The position numbers were made by a program, and so were the translations under genes. From contig NC_067401.1 of assembly GCF_016432865.1 (NCBI RefSeq), forward strand, positions 140,988,001-141,052,000: a stretch of 64,000 nucleotides of DNA, written 5' to 3'. Below are positions 35,926 through 48,479 of the stretch, one piece after another (the first letter of the stretch is position 1; the number at the start of each line of letters is the position of its first letter). The DNA comes from Antechinus flavipes. Taxonomy: Eukaryota. Under the pieces are notes generated by a model. That model had not been told where the DNA came from. It saw nothing but the letters and a program-made list of their open reading frames with translations, and made no database searches.

Positions 35926-37261
35926 CCCAATACTCTCTTTTCTAAGGAGAGCAGAATAGTTAACCTCTACCTTCCACCTCTGGCTTCTCCTCCAGGTAGT
36001 CCTGGAGAACTAACATCTCCCTTGTAGAAGTGAAGGAGTAGGAAGGAAGAGATATTAGAGATATGTCTATCCTGGCCTCTCTGTGAGCTACGCACTGAAA
36101 ACAGCTCGTTACTTTTAATCCCAAATCTCCTTATTTCTCTAATTTTTCTAGTCAATCAATTTTGTAACTTCAGAATCATCCAGGACTCTTATGATTAGAT
36201 TATAACCTCCTGGAGGACCGGTCTATTTTGCTTTTCTTTAGTATAGAAACTTATACATACTAGACACTTAAGAAATGCCTGTTGTTGACTTCTATGGAAA
36301 TGTTTTGCATAAGTTCACATGTGGTTTCTTGATTATGGGTGGAGATAAGGGAGAGAACCTAGAATTCAAAAATTATTATTATTATTATTTTCCCCTGAGG
36401 CAATTGGGGTTGTGACTTGCCCAGGGTCACACAGCTAGAAAGTGTAGAACTCAAAAAATTAAAAGACAAATGTAAACAAAAATTTGTTTTAAATATAGCT
36501 GGGGGGAAATATTAAATAAATAAATCAGATATCAGAAATGTCTGTTGTTGATTGTTTGATTCCTTCTCTCAAGTCACATAATGATCACCCCAATTCGTCC
36601 CCAACTCCCTCTATCCCTAAATTATTTTAACAGTTTCCTAATTGTTTCCCTTCTTCAAGTCTTTTCCCTCTCCAATTCATCTTTTCCACAACTGCCAAAC
36701 TGAAGTATATTTAAAGCCCAGATCTGACCAATAAATGCTTGTTGGCTGATTGATATATTCTCTTGCTTGAAAATCTCACTGAATTGCCTCTGCCTGTGGG
36801 ATAAAAGAGAAATGCCTTAACTCAGCATTTAAAGTTCTGTACAGTTTGACTCCTATCCTCATCTTTCTAATCTTATTTTGTACTATTTATTTATGTATGC
36901 TTATTTTATCTCCTTCACTTATTCTTTATTCAAGCCAGACTGAACTATTAGCTGTTCTCTAAATTTCCATTCAGCTTTTATCTCTAGTTTCCATTTATTT
37001 GCACAAGCCATTCTTATGCTACAAATACAGCATCTCCTCAACTCTGTCTCTTGGGATCCTTGTCTTGCTTTGAAGGCTCAACTCAGAAGCTACTTCCTGT
37101 GTGAAGCCTTCCCCAAACTCTCCAGTGGTTAGTATTCTCTCCCATATCAATATTTTCTTGTACAATATTGACATATATAGAATGTACTTTCTCCTCACCC
37201 TGTAAAATGTAAGCTCCTACCTGCATGTTGGCACATTCTTGTATCTTACAATAAACATTTT

Positions 37262-37420
37262 TTATTTCTTTCTTTCTTTTTTCCCCCGAGGCAACTGGGG
37301 TTAAGTGACTTGCCCAAGGTCACACAGCTAGGAAGTATTAAGTGTCTGAGGTCAGATTTGAACTCATAGTCCTCCTGACTTCAGGGCTTGTGCTCTATCC
37401 ACTGCGCCACTAGCTGACTC
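37262..37420 (-). mobile_element. WSINE1-like SINE
   Basis: Reverse complement of the SINE consensus with a T-rich tail. Confidence 0.8.
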
Positions 37421-38399
37421 CTAGGCATATATTTTTAAAGACTATAAGTCCTTCAGGGAAAAGATTATTTTATCTTTGTACCCCCAATGCCTTGGATAAA
37501 AAAGGCAGGAGTTGAATAGAATTGTGTCATTTACAAATTGGATGAGCATGCTTCCTATGCCTTCATATGTGACTGGCAGTGTCAAAGGCTGATCCCTCTA
37601 TCTCAATCCGATTTCCTGATTCTTATCAATCAATGATTCACCACTCGAGTTCTATTGTTCAACCAATTCTGAAATTCCCTAATTATGTTAATACCTGACT
37701 AGATACCTCCATCCTGTCCACACAGACAACCGGGGAGGGGGGTTTGGGGGGAAGATTCTGCCAGACGCTTTGCAGACATCTAAGTAAAAAATACTGGCTT
37801 GGTGGTATGCTTCAGGACCCATATTATCCTTTTCCCCCATCAGGTCCTGCAGGCCTTTTCCCGTTTTCCTCATTTGGCTTATTTTTCCCTTTCACCACCC
37901 AGGAGCCTCCTGAGTCTAAGACTGCTTGTTCTCAAGTGCATGGCCTATTAGACTGGGGTCTCTCTGAGGGAAGGGATTCGCTTAACTTGGGGGCTTCCTG
38001 ATGGGAGAAGTGGAGTCTCTCCCATATACAGGAGACTCCCGAAGAGCTCCTGGGAGCTCTCCTAGGTAGAAAGACTCTCCGCAGTACAGCTGAGAGTAAG
38101 GATTGGTTTCTCAAACTACAAGGCTTGTTGGTAAGGGCAGCGGATCTATTCCCTCCTCTGGATTCCCATCCCCTTCTAGTTCCCAGCACAAGATCATTTT
38201 ATCTTGTTTGTTTCCAGAGGCTGGCCCCGAACTTCCCGCAGAGCTTGTCGGGGAAGGGAAGGGTCGAAGAGAAGATGTGAACAGGACTTCTCCCTCTTCC
38301 TTTCTCTCTAACTCTCCCTGAGCTAATTAAAGACATAAGCTCAGTCATCTTCGTAGGTCCCCAAGGATGGCAGAGGGGGACTGAAGTGCGGGGGAGCTG

Positions 38400-38950
38400 G
38401 ACTTGGGAGGGGGCACGGGCGCCATAGGGGGTTAATAAACTCAGAGACTTTTTTCCACCCCCAATCCAAAACCTTTGACCCTGCGCTCAGTTTTTAAATT
38501 GCTTCTCTCCCCTTCTCTTTCCCAGCCCACTGGCCCCCTCCCTTCCTCCACCAGAAAGGGGGAGAGGTGCGGGGGCCAGATGTGCAACTGGCGGGAGGAG
38601 AACGGCGGTAACAGCAGTGGCGGCAGCCTCCGTGTTATTTCCAACCCAGCAGCTCTCCAAATTAACAGGAAGGAGCGAGCGGGGAACTTAGTGCCAGGGG
38701 GTGAGCAAGGGAGGGAGGTCTCCGGGGTGAACTGGAAAAAAGCTTCTGTACATCTTCCCAGAGAGACTTTCTGGGAGTCTTCGCTCACGCGCCCCGCCCG
38801 CCCTAGGGATAAACTCGGCTTCCCAGAAGGCGGGTCCCCGAAGCCCTGACACGCCAGCCTGGTTCTTCCACCTCCTCCCCCTCCCCTTCCTTCCTCTTGC
38901 CTCCATGCTCAGCCTTGACTCTTCCCAGCGGGTGCAGGGGAAGATGTAAA
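38400..38950. promoter_or_regulatory. Orphan CpG-rich segment with a GAS/STAT motif (TTCCCAGAA 38820-38828) and GC boxes; candidate distal enhancer or lncRNA promoter
   Basis: About 20 CpGs in an otherwise CpG-poor, repeat-rich interval; not repeat-like; no gene attached. Confidence 0.45.
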
Positions 38951-41689
38951 GATTCTTTAGCATCTACTAGCGAGCAGCTTCAGAGCACAACAGAAAGGAG
39001 CATTCTTTGAGGAATGGGATGCCCTAGATGAAGGGGTCAGGGAAGAGAGGATTGCCTAGGAATCAGGACTCCTGGGTTTATAGCAATCAAATAAGGCTTC
39101 CATAATCTCCTTCATCCCCCTTCAGTGAGAATAGAGTTCCTTGCTGGGTAGGAGAATAGGACTTTAGAGCTAGAGGGGATTTTAAAAGATCACCTAGTTC
39201 AATCGTCTGAGGAAGTTGAGATCTAGAGAAAAGAATGATCTGCTCAAATTAGAATGGCAGAACAAGGAAGTAATTCCCAGGGTCTTCTGATTTCCACTCT
39301 AGTGGGTTTTTTCCCCCCATAATAGACAAGCTTAATTGTCTACCATGTTCTAGGCTTTCAGCTGGGTTGCACAGTGGTTAGACCGCAGTGATTAGGGCTT
39401 GGAATCAGGAAGACTCATTTTCATGAGCAGTCTTCATGAACACATTTACTAGCTGTGTGATCTGGGCAAGTCATCTAACCCTGTTTGCCTCAGTTTCCTC
39501 ATCTGTAAAATGAGCTGGAGAAGGAAAAGGCCAACAACTCCAGTACCTCCGCTCAGAACACCCCAAAATGGGGCCAGAAAGATTTAAAAATGACTTAACA
39601 ACAAAGTACCAGGCATTGTGCTAGCACCTGGAGGAAAAAAAAAAGCCCCAAATGAGGTTGTCCCTAATCTCAAGCAGCTTCCATTAGAGATCTAAAGGGG
39701 GAGGGTTCAACATGAACATAGGAAAGCAGTACAAAGAACTTTCCTCTTGGGAAGGGGGGAAAGGGATACTGCTTCTTCTAGAGACAATTTATTGGAATAG
39801 GAATTTATTGAGTAGGGGAGTGACAGGTGAGTTTCTTGATGTGAAAATGTCAGTCTGTCAGCTATGTAGAGAATGAACTAGAAAGAGAGAGATGGAAGAC
39901 AGACAAAACAATTAGAAAGATACTAAAATAGTCCAAACAAGAGGAGAAAGGGGCGGCACAAGAACAGGGGCTCTATGTGAGGAGAGATGCAAGATACATT
40001 GTAGGGTAGTGTGACAAGCCTTAGCCACTTTGGATGTGAGAAATAAAGAGGGAAGAGCAGAGGCTGTTAATGTGGCTGCCTGGAAATAGGGAATTTAGGA
40101 AGGATGGATTAGAGAGCTTTCTCCAGAAAAGAGAAGGCACAGAGCTAGTCAGAAGAGGGAGTCACTATGCTGTGATGAAGGAAATGATCTCTACAAAAGC
40201 TCCAAGGTGGGAGGCAACAAGATTAGATGAGGATGTGGGATGAGACAGGGCAACTTTGCCCAACTGGGGCACCAGTGAATGGACTGAGGCACTGATCAAC
40301 AGATCTCACAGATGACTCTTTTTGTGTGAGAACAATCCAATCTTGGAGCCTCAGAGCTACCACGGATGTTACTGCTGGAACTCTGCTGTCAACACAATGC
40401 CTGCTTTGCACTTGCTCCCCTTGGCCCCTTGCTCGCTTTCTGTGAGATTCTGCAACCAGCCAGACTTAGTGGCACCCCTCACCAAGTACATTGGGAGGTA
40501 GGGGACTGTGGAAAAAAGCCCTAGCATTGAAATCAAAGGACAAAAAAAAGTTCATTTGTAAAGAATTTTAACACTTTTTGATTACCAAGAGCAAAGCGAT
40601 GACAGAGCTGCTTCTTCAGGCTCCTTCTAGCCCAGCTGACTCATGTCCCCTCTCCCACCTCAATCCCACCAATTTCAGCCCACTCTATTCTACTGATGCT
40701 AATTTCTGGCCAGATGTTCTGCCATTTACACCACTGGTGAACAGTCCTTACAATAAAGTTTCAAGTGCAAACAGTAACTGGAACTAATGACTAACAAAAA
40801 GCTGCCAAGTGAAAGAAAGCCCAAATAAATAGCTCGTTTGAAATAGCATTATTTGCATACTAACAATGTCCTGAAAAATCTTTTTGGTTTTATTAAACAG
40901 GTTAAATATACCTTTTGGAATGGTGTTTGTACCATGAATTTGCTAAACAAGTCCTTTCCATGAAAGAACAAAGATGAGCTTCATTCCAAGTCTGGTTGAA
41001 TGACCACAAATTTTCAGTCAGCTCTGTCCAAATAAATGAATTTTAACTAAACTGAATTAGCTGGATTTGTTTTTGGTCTGCACTTCCTCGTTTTGGTGGG
41101 AGACCCTACCATTAAGTTTTAGCAAACACAACCTTGAGGGTCACTGTAACCAGAATAGACAGGCACTTAATAATTGATTATTAACTAAAGGAATAAAGAA
41201 GGGTGTTTAATAAAAGCCTTGGAGTCTGATTAGCAGGGCTGAATTAGTTGTGTATTCTGCTTTTTAACCCATATTCTTTCTATATTCTTCAAAAGAGATA
41301 AACTCCAAGTTTATGCAGTTTCCCCCAATCTCACAAAAAGCAATCAGGGAGAAGAGGGTAAATTAGCCTGGGACTCAGACAGAGAGCATGAAGACAAAAA
41401 GGCAAATATTTCTACAGCCCAAGAATTCAGGAAGAGCTGAAAGAGCTGGAAGAAGCCCGAAAACTTTTTTTTTCCAATCACTTCACTTTACAGATGAGGA
41501 AATAGATCCAGAGCAGGGAACAAGTTTACTTTGCTTCTAAGTAGCAAATGGATGATTTTTTTTTGTTGTTGTTTTTAATTTCTAAATTTCTCCATATAAT
41601 TTTAATTAAATTTAAATTTCTGTATATACTCTTTTAAAAATGTCTACATAATTCTTTTTGGTTTATCCTTCATTTTTCAAGAGGATGAA

Positions 41690-42060
41690 TGGCATCATTG
41701 TTCCCATTACCAGCCTCTCTTCCAGTGTGAGCTGGAAGAAGTTCAGTGGTAGGACAAAAATCAAGGCAATAACTTTGGCTTGGGATACAATGGATGACCT
41801 TGATGATTTCAACCCATCAATCTTCTTCATAGCTGCAGGAACAAATTTTCCTCATCCACCCATTTTGCCAGGGAAAGTCTCCATTGCTTCAGGTGTATAT
41901 TCTCCTAATTCACTGATGAGTCTGAATCTTATTCATTCCCTTCAATTTGGTTCAATCCATCTGCTGAGGCATTTTGCCAGGGTGTGGCCACTGTCCAAGG
42001 AGAGTCACAGTGAGTGTCAGGTGGAACCAAAGGTAGATGAGCAGCCCTGAGAAGAACTCC
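41690..42060 (-). mobile_element. RTE-related marsupial repeat (WALLSI/RTE-SINE-like) fragment
   Basis: Minus strand has tggccacaccctggcaaaat...agactttccctggcaaaatgggtggatgag...aaggtcatccattgtatccc...ttgtcctaccactgaac, recalled as typical of this group. Confidence 0.55.
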
Positions 42061-42297
42061 TCAAAGCCTTAAACCAGGGGTGCTAGTTCTCCCCGAACAT
42101 CCCACATAACTCTTTAATTGGTACAATGTTAGGATTGAAATTTCCTCTACTCCATGCAGCTGTTTTCTGTGTCTCACAGACTAAGTTACCCTGAAGCACT
42201 AAGCCTAAGTGATCTTCCCATATCACACAATTACTTGTGACAGAGGCAGGATAGGAACTCAAGAGTTTTGAATTCTAAAGTACTAGGTTTCTAGCCA

Positions 42298-42499
42298 NNN
42301 NNNNNNNNNNNNNNNNNNNNNNNNNNNNNNNNNNNNNNNNNNNNNNNNNNNNNNNNNNNNNNNNNNNNNNNNNNNNNNNNNNNNNNNNNNNNNNNNNNNN
42401 NNNNNNNNNNNNNNNNNNNNNNNNNNNNNNNNNNNNNNNNNNNNNNNNNNNNNNNNNNNNNNNNNNNNNNNNNNNNNNNNNNNNNNNNNNNNNNNNNNN
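42298..42499. other. Assembly gap (202 N)
   Basis: Run of N. Confidence 1.
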
Positions 42500-42708
42500 T
42501 ATTTATCTAATACCCACTATGTGAAAATCACTGAAAACAAAATAACCTGACCTTCCTCTCAATGTGCTCACTGGGGCTAGAAAAACCATCTGTTTTCAAG
42601 TTGACCCTTATCTGGTATTTCATCACTTACTAAGCACACCTGGTTTGTCTGTGCTAAGTAGCTATGTGGGGGGTGTTGTTCACAAGTTTACCATCTATTA
42701 AATATTGA

Positions 42709-43250
42709 CAGCAGTTCCTTTTGTAGTGGCAAAGAATTGGAAATTGAGGGGATGCCTAATAATTGGGGAATGGTTGAACAAGTTGGGGTATGTGATTAAG
42801 ATGGAATACTATTGTATTATATGAAATAATAAGCCAGATAGTTTCTGAAAAACCTGTAAGTCTTATATGAACTGATGCAAAGTGAAGTGAGCAAAACCGG
42901 GAGAACATTCTACATAGTCACAGAAATATTGTCAGGATGGTCAAAGGATACTCTGATCAAGACAATTACAAAGGATCCATGATGAAAATTGCTAACGATC
43001 TCCAGAGAGAGAACTGAGGAACTGTGAATGCAAATTAAGCATACTTCTTTTTGGTCTGTATTTTCTTTTGCAACATGTCTATATATGGAAATGTATTGCA
43101 TGATTTCACATATATAATATCAATTTGCTTGTCTTCTCAAAATGGGAGAAGAGCTGGAGGAAAAGGAAAGAATTTGGAACTCAAAATTTTAAAAAATGAA
43201 TGTTAAAAATTTTTAATTTAATTGGGAAATATTTAACAAAATAAAACTAT
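42709..43250 (+). mobile_element. Old L1 3' end fragment
   Basis: gcagttccttttgtagtggcaaagaattggaaattgagggg... through L1 3' UTR text. Confidence 0.8.
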
Positions 43251-43509
43251 ATTTACTGTCTACTTTAGTAAGGAGAACACATGCACATAACAATGAAGAA
43301 TACTTTAATATATGTGTGTGAATATTAAGTACAAACTGATGACAATAAGAGCATGGGAGGGGAAGAGAAGACAGTTTCAAGGAATCAGGGCCAATTAATT
43401 AAGGTGTGCGAGATAAGGAGCTGTATTGTCAGTTGATCAAGTACAGAATTCAAGGACAAGCACAGGGAGAAAGAGCCAAAGTGATAAGCACAGAAGACAT
43501 ATCCCATTC

Positions 43510-43637
43510 TCAGGACCCCTTGATGATGGATTTGCCTATGCTGGACCGGATACCAGTCTGTGAGGCTCCTCCAAACCCAAGTGCTGTGTCCTTCCTGTTC
43601 TTCTGGCTGCCTATCCATCGAGGGCTGGAGGAGGACT
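43510..43637 (-). CDS. KIF18B: KIF18B last coding exon (16), ESSSSPRWIGSQKNRKDTALGFGGASQTGIRSSIGKSIIKGS*
   Basis: Strong pyrimidine tract plus ccccag acceptor; weak similarity to human ELPLSPLCPSNRRNGKD...TKVS; requires a phase-1 upstream donor. Confidence 0.75.
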
Positions 43638-43910
43638 CTGGGGAGGAAAGAAGGGAATGTATAAAAAACAAACAAAAGACAATGTATAGAGGGCCTCCAT
43701 TTTGGGCTCCCTCTTGCTCTTCCCCTTCCATTTTTATGTACCAGCTCTCTCCTTAAGATGCTTTTAAGTACTTGGAGATTCTTGTTTATTGAACTGAGAG
43801 ATGAAGGACAGGTCTTTCAATGACTTTTTCTACCCTTCATCTGCTACTTCCCTGGCCTTGGTTAAACCTCCCCACTCACTCTTCCAACAGTTATGAGATG
43901 GTAAGGGTAC

Positions 43911-43996
43911 CTCCTGGCTTTTTCAGAGTGCTACTGTGGAGCCTGGCAATTCGACTCCGGCTCTGGGGTGCAGCCAGTGCACAGGATGCTGAAGAC
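43911..43996 (-). CDS. KIF18B: KIF18B exon 15, SSASCALAAPQSRSRIARLHSSTLKKPG (3' boundary uncertain; reading through gives GTLTIS* at 43891)
   Basis: RSRIARL.SSTLK motif; catcag acceptor; the only phase-1 GT before the TAA is GAG|gtaccc at 43911. Confidence 0.75.
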
Positions 43997-44464
43997 CTGA
44001 TGAAAAAAGGAAATAGGTCAAAGATGCTATTCTCTTCCCACTAAAGTGGGGACTGGAAACCCCCACAAGATATTACTTCAGCTTAACATAGCCCTGGAAA
44101 AGGAGGTGGGCAACTGAATACTACCAGCAGCTTTCCAGAATCAGTAAGAAAAGTAGTAACACTGTCCAGTCACTGGATTCAGTTATGATTCAAATGGAAT
44201 GGCTTACCCATAAAAAGAGTAACTAATTAGCCAGAAGACTACTGATCCTCAGCAATATGATCGTTTGAACATCAAATTGCAGGGAAATGCCTGAACAAGT
44301 AATGGATACAGATAGCTTGCCTTAAGAATTTCATGTGCATGTGGGAACTTGGCTGTCTGCCAAACAAGGTGTGCCACGGGGTAGAATTCAATCATAATTT
44401 ATTTTAGATATCAGAACCAGCAGGGCACAATATTACTGGGATTCTGATTCTAGCTTCTCCTTAC

Positions 44465-44554
44465 CTCAAAGGGCGTCTCCTCTTGCGGGCAGAGCCACCA
44501 TGAAGGGAAGATGCTGGCTTGGGGCCCTTCATGGTGAATAGTGGCATGGGCCCC
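44465..44554 (-). CDS. KIF18B: KIF18B exon 14, GPMPLFTMKGPKPASSLHGGSARKRRRPLR
   Basis: PLFTMKGPKP motif; cttag/gtaagg boundaries; 90 nt. Confidence 0.92.
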
Positions 44555-45899
44555 CTAAGAGAAAAGGAAAGTGAAGATCCTCAGGTCAGAAAGGAAAATA
44601 AAGTACTCAGCGAGTTTTTCCTTCTTGTCCACATCCTAACCCTAGCACTCACTGGGTCGGGGATAAGATTAGATGACCTCTAAGGTCCCTTTCAACTAAG
44701 ATGCTATGATTCCTTTCTTTTCCTTCAATCCCTTTGCTGACAGCTGAGTGACAGGCCCGTTCTGGGAGAACATCCAGATGTCAGTTTCTGACATGTCCTG
44801 GGAACTGAAGTTCAAAAAAACCCCTTTCCATTTGCCCATCTCCAGTTTCTGATGAGATTAGTGCTAGAGTTGGGGGTTGGGGTACTGAGGTAGGATAAAA
44901 TCTTGTCACTGTTTGAGGGCCCCAAATTATTCTGTCATATTTCTACTAGATTCAATAGCCTTGAGATACCTCAGAAACCAAGTTGATCAGGGTGCTGCTC
45001 CCTGGTTAAGCAGACACCCCATTTGTTTGGGTGTTGAAGGATGTCTCTTGCACACCCACTGAAAAAAAAATCAGCTGAATAACTTTTGCTGGAGAGTGTG
45101 AAATTCCCCTCACCTTGCTTGTATATGTGGGGATGAAAGTGAAAAAGAAAAATGACAATTGTGGCGATGGTCATAAGAGAAACAGAGAATGGGATATTGG
45201 GAAGAGCACTTGAAGATCTGATTTCAAATCCTGACAGCTGTAAGGCCCTAGAGGATGCTCATCCTCAGGAATATCAGTTCCCTTATCTGTAAAAAGTGAG
45301 TGATTGTGGTTGCACCATATATCTCACAGGTTTAAGGAGAGCACCTTAGAGTGACACAGAAATGTGAGCTACTACTGCTGGCAAGAGTAACAATAGGCAA
45401 GGTTTAGTGGAAGGCTCTGGCTGGATTCCAAAAATTTTACAAAAGTCTGTTAACAGAGCCACGTTGGTTTTCTTAGTACTCCTTCCAGAATTCTGCTTCA
45501 GCTCCCCAGCTTGTCCCCTCCTCCCCCCCGCCCAAAATCAAGGTTCTATAAGTCACCCAAGGGAATAATTAGAAACTAGTTCTTGGCCAAGGGCTTTGAG
45601 ACACTGGCAGCAACGGCCTTGCTGCTTGACAGAAAAGAAGCCTCCAGGGAGACTGATCCCTCCAGCATACCCTGGTGTCCTAAGACTGGGGAGCAGAACA
45701 AACCAGGATGAAAGAGAAACTTGGCAGCAAATTTCCAAGATAAGCCTGTTCTTTACTTCCACTTGTAAAATCACAGAATCTCACAATTGGATGTGATTCT
45801 AGAGGACATCATTCTAGCACAGTGTACAGCTAAACAAGACTATATCATAGACCTGACAAAGTGAAGCAGTGAAATTCATCTTTCACATGATATTCTTAA

Positions 45900-46830
45900 A
45901 CATAATTACCATGTCTGCTCTTAAGCAATCTCTATTTTCCAGGCTAAACAGTTCCATCAAATGCTCCAGATAATATTGTCTCAAGACTATTGCCCACCTT
46001 GCCTCATCTTTCCTCAATGCCCTCCAGCTTTTTCACATCTTTCCCATGATAAGACACCCAGAATCCAGAACACTCTGGCTGTGGCCTTCTCAGAATGGAG
46101 GTTCTGCTCTGCTGTTAGATGGCTAGTCCTAATACTAGTCTTCCACTTTCTGAATGCAGTCCAGAACCACAGCAATTTTTTCTGGGTCTCTTAGCACAAT
46201 GAGCTTGTAATAGCCCCAGATCTTTTCCCAGTAAATTCCAATCTAGCCCCATACTGAAGCTGATTTTTTGAAACCAAATGTTTAATATTTTATACATAGT
46301 ATGACATTAAATTTCATCTTAGTGGTTTTGGCCCAATGTTCTACTGTGGAGGTATTTTTGGATCATGACTGTCATTCAAAGTATTAGCTAGCCATTCTTC
46401 TGAGGCTGGTGTCATCTACAAATTTAATAAGCATGCTGTCTGTCTTTATACACCCCTTGGACAGCTATGTTGAATGCCACAAGGCCAAGTGAAGCTCCTT
46501 GGAACACTCTACTAGATACTCCCTCCAAGTTAACACCAAATCATTAATGACTACTCTGGTTACAACTATTCAATCAGTTCTAAAAACTCTTGACTGTATT
46601 ATTCTATAACCTTAAACTGTACCAAAAGAATTCCTGAGCTACTAACCTAGAATCCCTATCCTAAAATGGAAATAAGAGTAGTTTGGCAGGATCTATGGTT
46701 GATGAAGGCTCCATATGATCACTGATTTCTTTTCCAGATGTTTACTAACCATTCCTTTAATTAAACATTCTAGAATTTTGCTAGGAATTTAAATCAAATT
46801 TGCTGGTCTGTATAGTTTGTACATTTGTTC
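45900..46830. mobile_element. L3/CR1 LINE remnant in KIF18B intron 13
   Basis: CR1-type text (ccaggctaaacagttcc...gtcatctacaaatttaataagcatgc). Confidence 0.6.
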
Positions 46831-47038
46831 TTGTTAGTCTTATAGAGCTTCTTTCCTCTCTCCATAAGCTTTCAAAATTCACTCAACAAACACATTTATC
46901 AAGTTTTTCAGGGCCTGATGGAGTTCTTCTGGCCTGGTGCCTTGAGTTCAAACCTTTCCTTTTCTACTCATTAAACATCTCTAGTCTTTGTGCTTTTGGC
47001 GCAGATAGTCAGAAGGGACAGGAAGAAAAGAGGCCTAC

Positions 47039-47561
47039 CTGGGAATGAAGGGTTTATCCATCTTGTTCAAGGCAGCAGGGACATTCTCCCAGCTGAGGAA
47101 CTCAGAGGCACTAGGCTTCAAGAGGGTCCCTTCAGACAGGTCAAAAGTGGCATTGAGGTCTCGGGTAGGTAGACTAAGAGGAGTAGAGCAGTTCTGCATA
47201 GAGGATGGGCCCAAGGGCACCCGGCTTTTGACAACAGTGGCTGAGCAAAGGTGGGGAAAGGAGGTAGTGGAGGCAATCTCCATCTTAGGGGTGCTGAGTC
47301 CTGAGGAAGGCCCTGCCTGAAGCAGAGAACCTTTCCCTGCATGGGGCAAAGACTTCTTTTGACGTTTGGCCTCCAGTTTAGAGGAAGAATGGCTGTTTAG
47401 CTCAGGTGAGTTTGGCTCATCTGATCTCCTTCTCTTCTTTCTTGGAGCCTGAGAGCTTTGGGGTGAGAGAGTTGAAAAAGGTGGGAGCCCCAGAATGGGT
47501 AAAAGCCCACTCTGACGTCTTGCCATGGTCCGTGTTGTTGGCCCAGAATATGTTGGAGGTG
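47039..47561 (-). CDS. KIF18B: KIF18B exon 13 (tail: TRTMARR, NLS-like RKKRRRS, KSRVPLGPS.MQNCSTPL.LPTRDLNATFDLSE, PFIP)
   Basis: Blocks identical to human KIF18B as recalled; ctag/gtaggc boundaries; 523 nt keeps phase. Confidence 0.93.
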
Positions 47562-47844
47562 CTAGATGTAGAAAAGAGAAACATTTGGAGTTGGAACAGA
47601 ACCTGAGCTCAAATAGGCTGAGGGAAGGAACACAAGAGACCCCCAAGAGCACATCTAAATGTCTTACCTCCTCTATACCACACTTAGACCCTTCCTGGCC
47701 CAGGCAGGGCATGTTTCTAAATGCTTTCATTTGACTACAGATAAACTCATAACCACATTTTTAATTTCCTCCAACCTAGGGCTCAGCCTTCCACTCTAGT
47801 CCTTCATTTGCTACTCAGGCCACTTTGGTCACACATGAAGGGTA

Positions 47845-48045
47845 GCCAATCTTTATTATTTTAACTGTATTTTATTTTCCAAATACATGCAAAGATAGTT
47901 TTCAACATTCACCTTTGCAAAAGTTTGTGCTCCAAGTTTTTCTCCCTCTTCTTCCCACCCCTTCCACCCCAGCCAAGACAGCAAGCAATCTGATCTAGGT
48001 TAAACATGTGCAATTTTTCTAAATATATTTCCATATTCATCATGG
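47845..48045 (-). mobile_element. L1 3' UTR fragment
   Basis: Typical marsupial L1 3' end (tattttccaaatacatgcaaagatagttttcaacattc...). Confidence 0.75.
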
Positions 48046-48105
48046 GCGAATCCTTCTTTGTAGACAATGTGAGGCAGAGGCCTGGGCTTCTAAGATGATA
48101 CTCAC

Positions 48106-48311
48106 TTAATTCTGGGGATTGTTCCTGGGTCAAAGATACCACTCCAACTGGGCCTGGAATATCAGCTTCACCCCCCCACGGCACCATCTTCTCATCTTGA
48201 ACCAGCCGCTGCACTGCTTCAAACTCCAAAACCATGTCTGGTGTCAGGAGATTGGCTTCTTTGAGAAGAGAATATTGACGCTGGGCCACGTGCAGCACCA
48301 TCAGGGCTAGC
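48106..48311 (-). CDS. KIF18B: KIF18B exon 12, LALMVLHVAQRQYSLLKEANLLTPDMVLEFEAVQRLVQDEK...
   Basis: AQRQYSLL.ANLLTPDM motif; ccag/gtgagt boundaries; 206 nt. Confidence 0.94.
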
Positions 48312-48479
48312 CTGGAGGGGTGAAAAGAAGGGTTCTATCATTCTCACCCTTCCCACTCCACGCCAATCCTAACCTAGGTTACTGATGAAAAAAGAAACCC
48401 CAGATCTATCCCATTCATCTGCTTTCTACTTGCTGGCCAGGAATTCTCAAGTGGGGGCAAGAAGACTACCTATGTTGAT

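Noticed and set aside
41658-42050. 130-aa plus-strand ORF
   Set aside because: Antisense reading of an RTE-related repeat.
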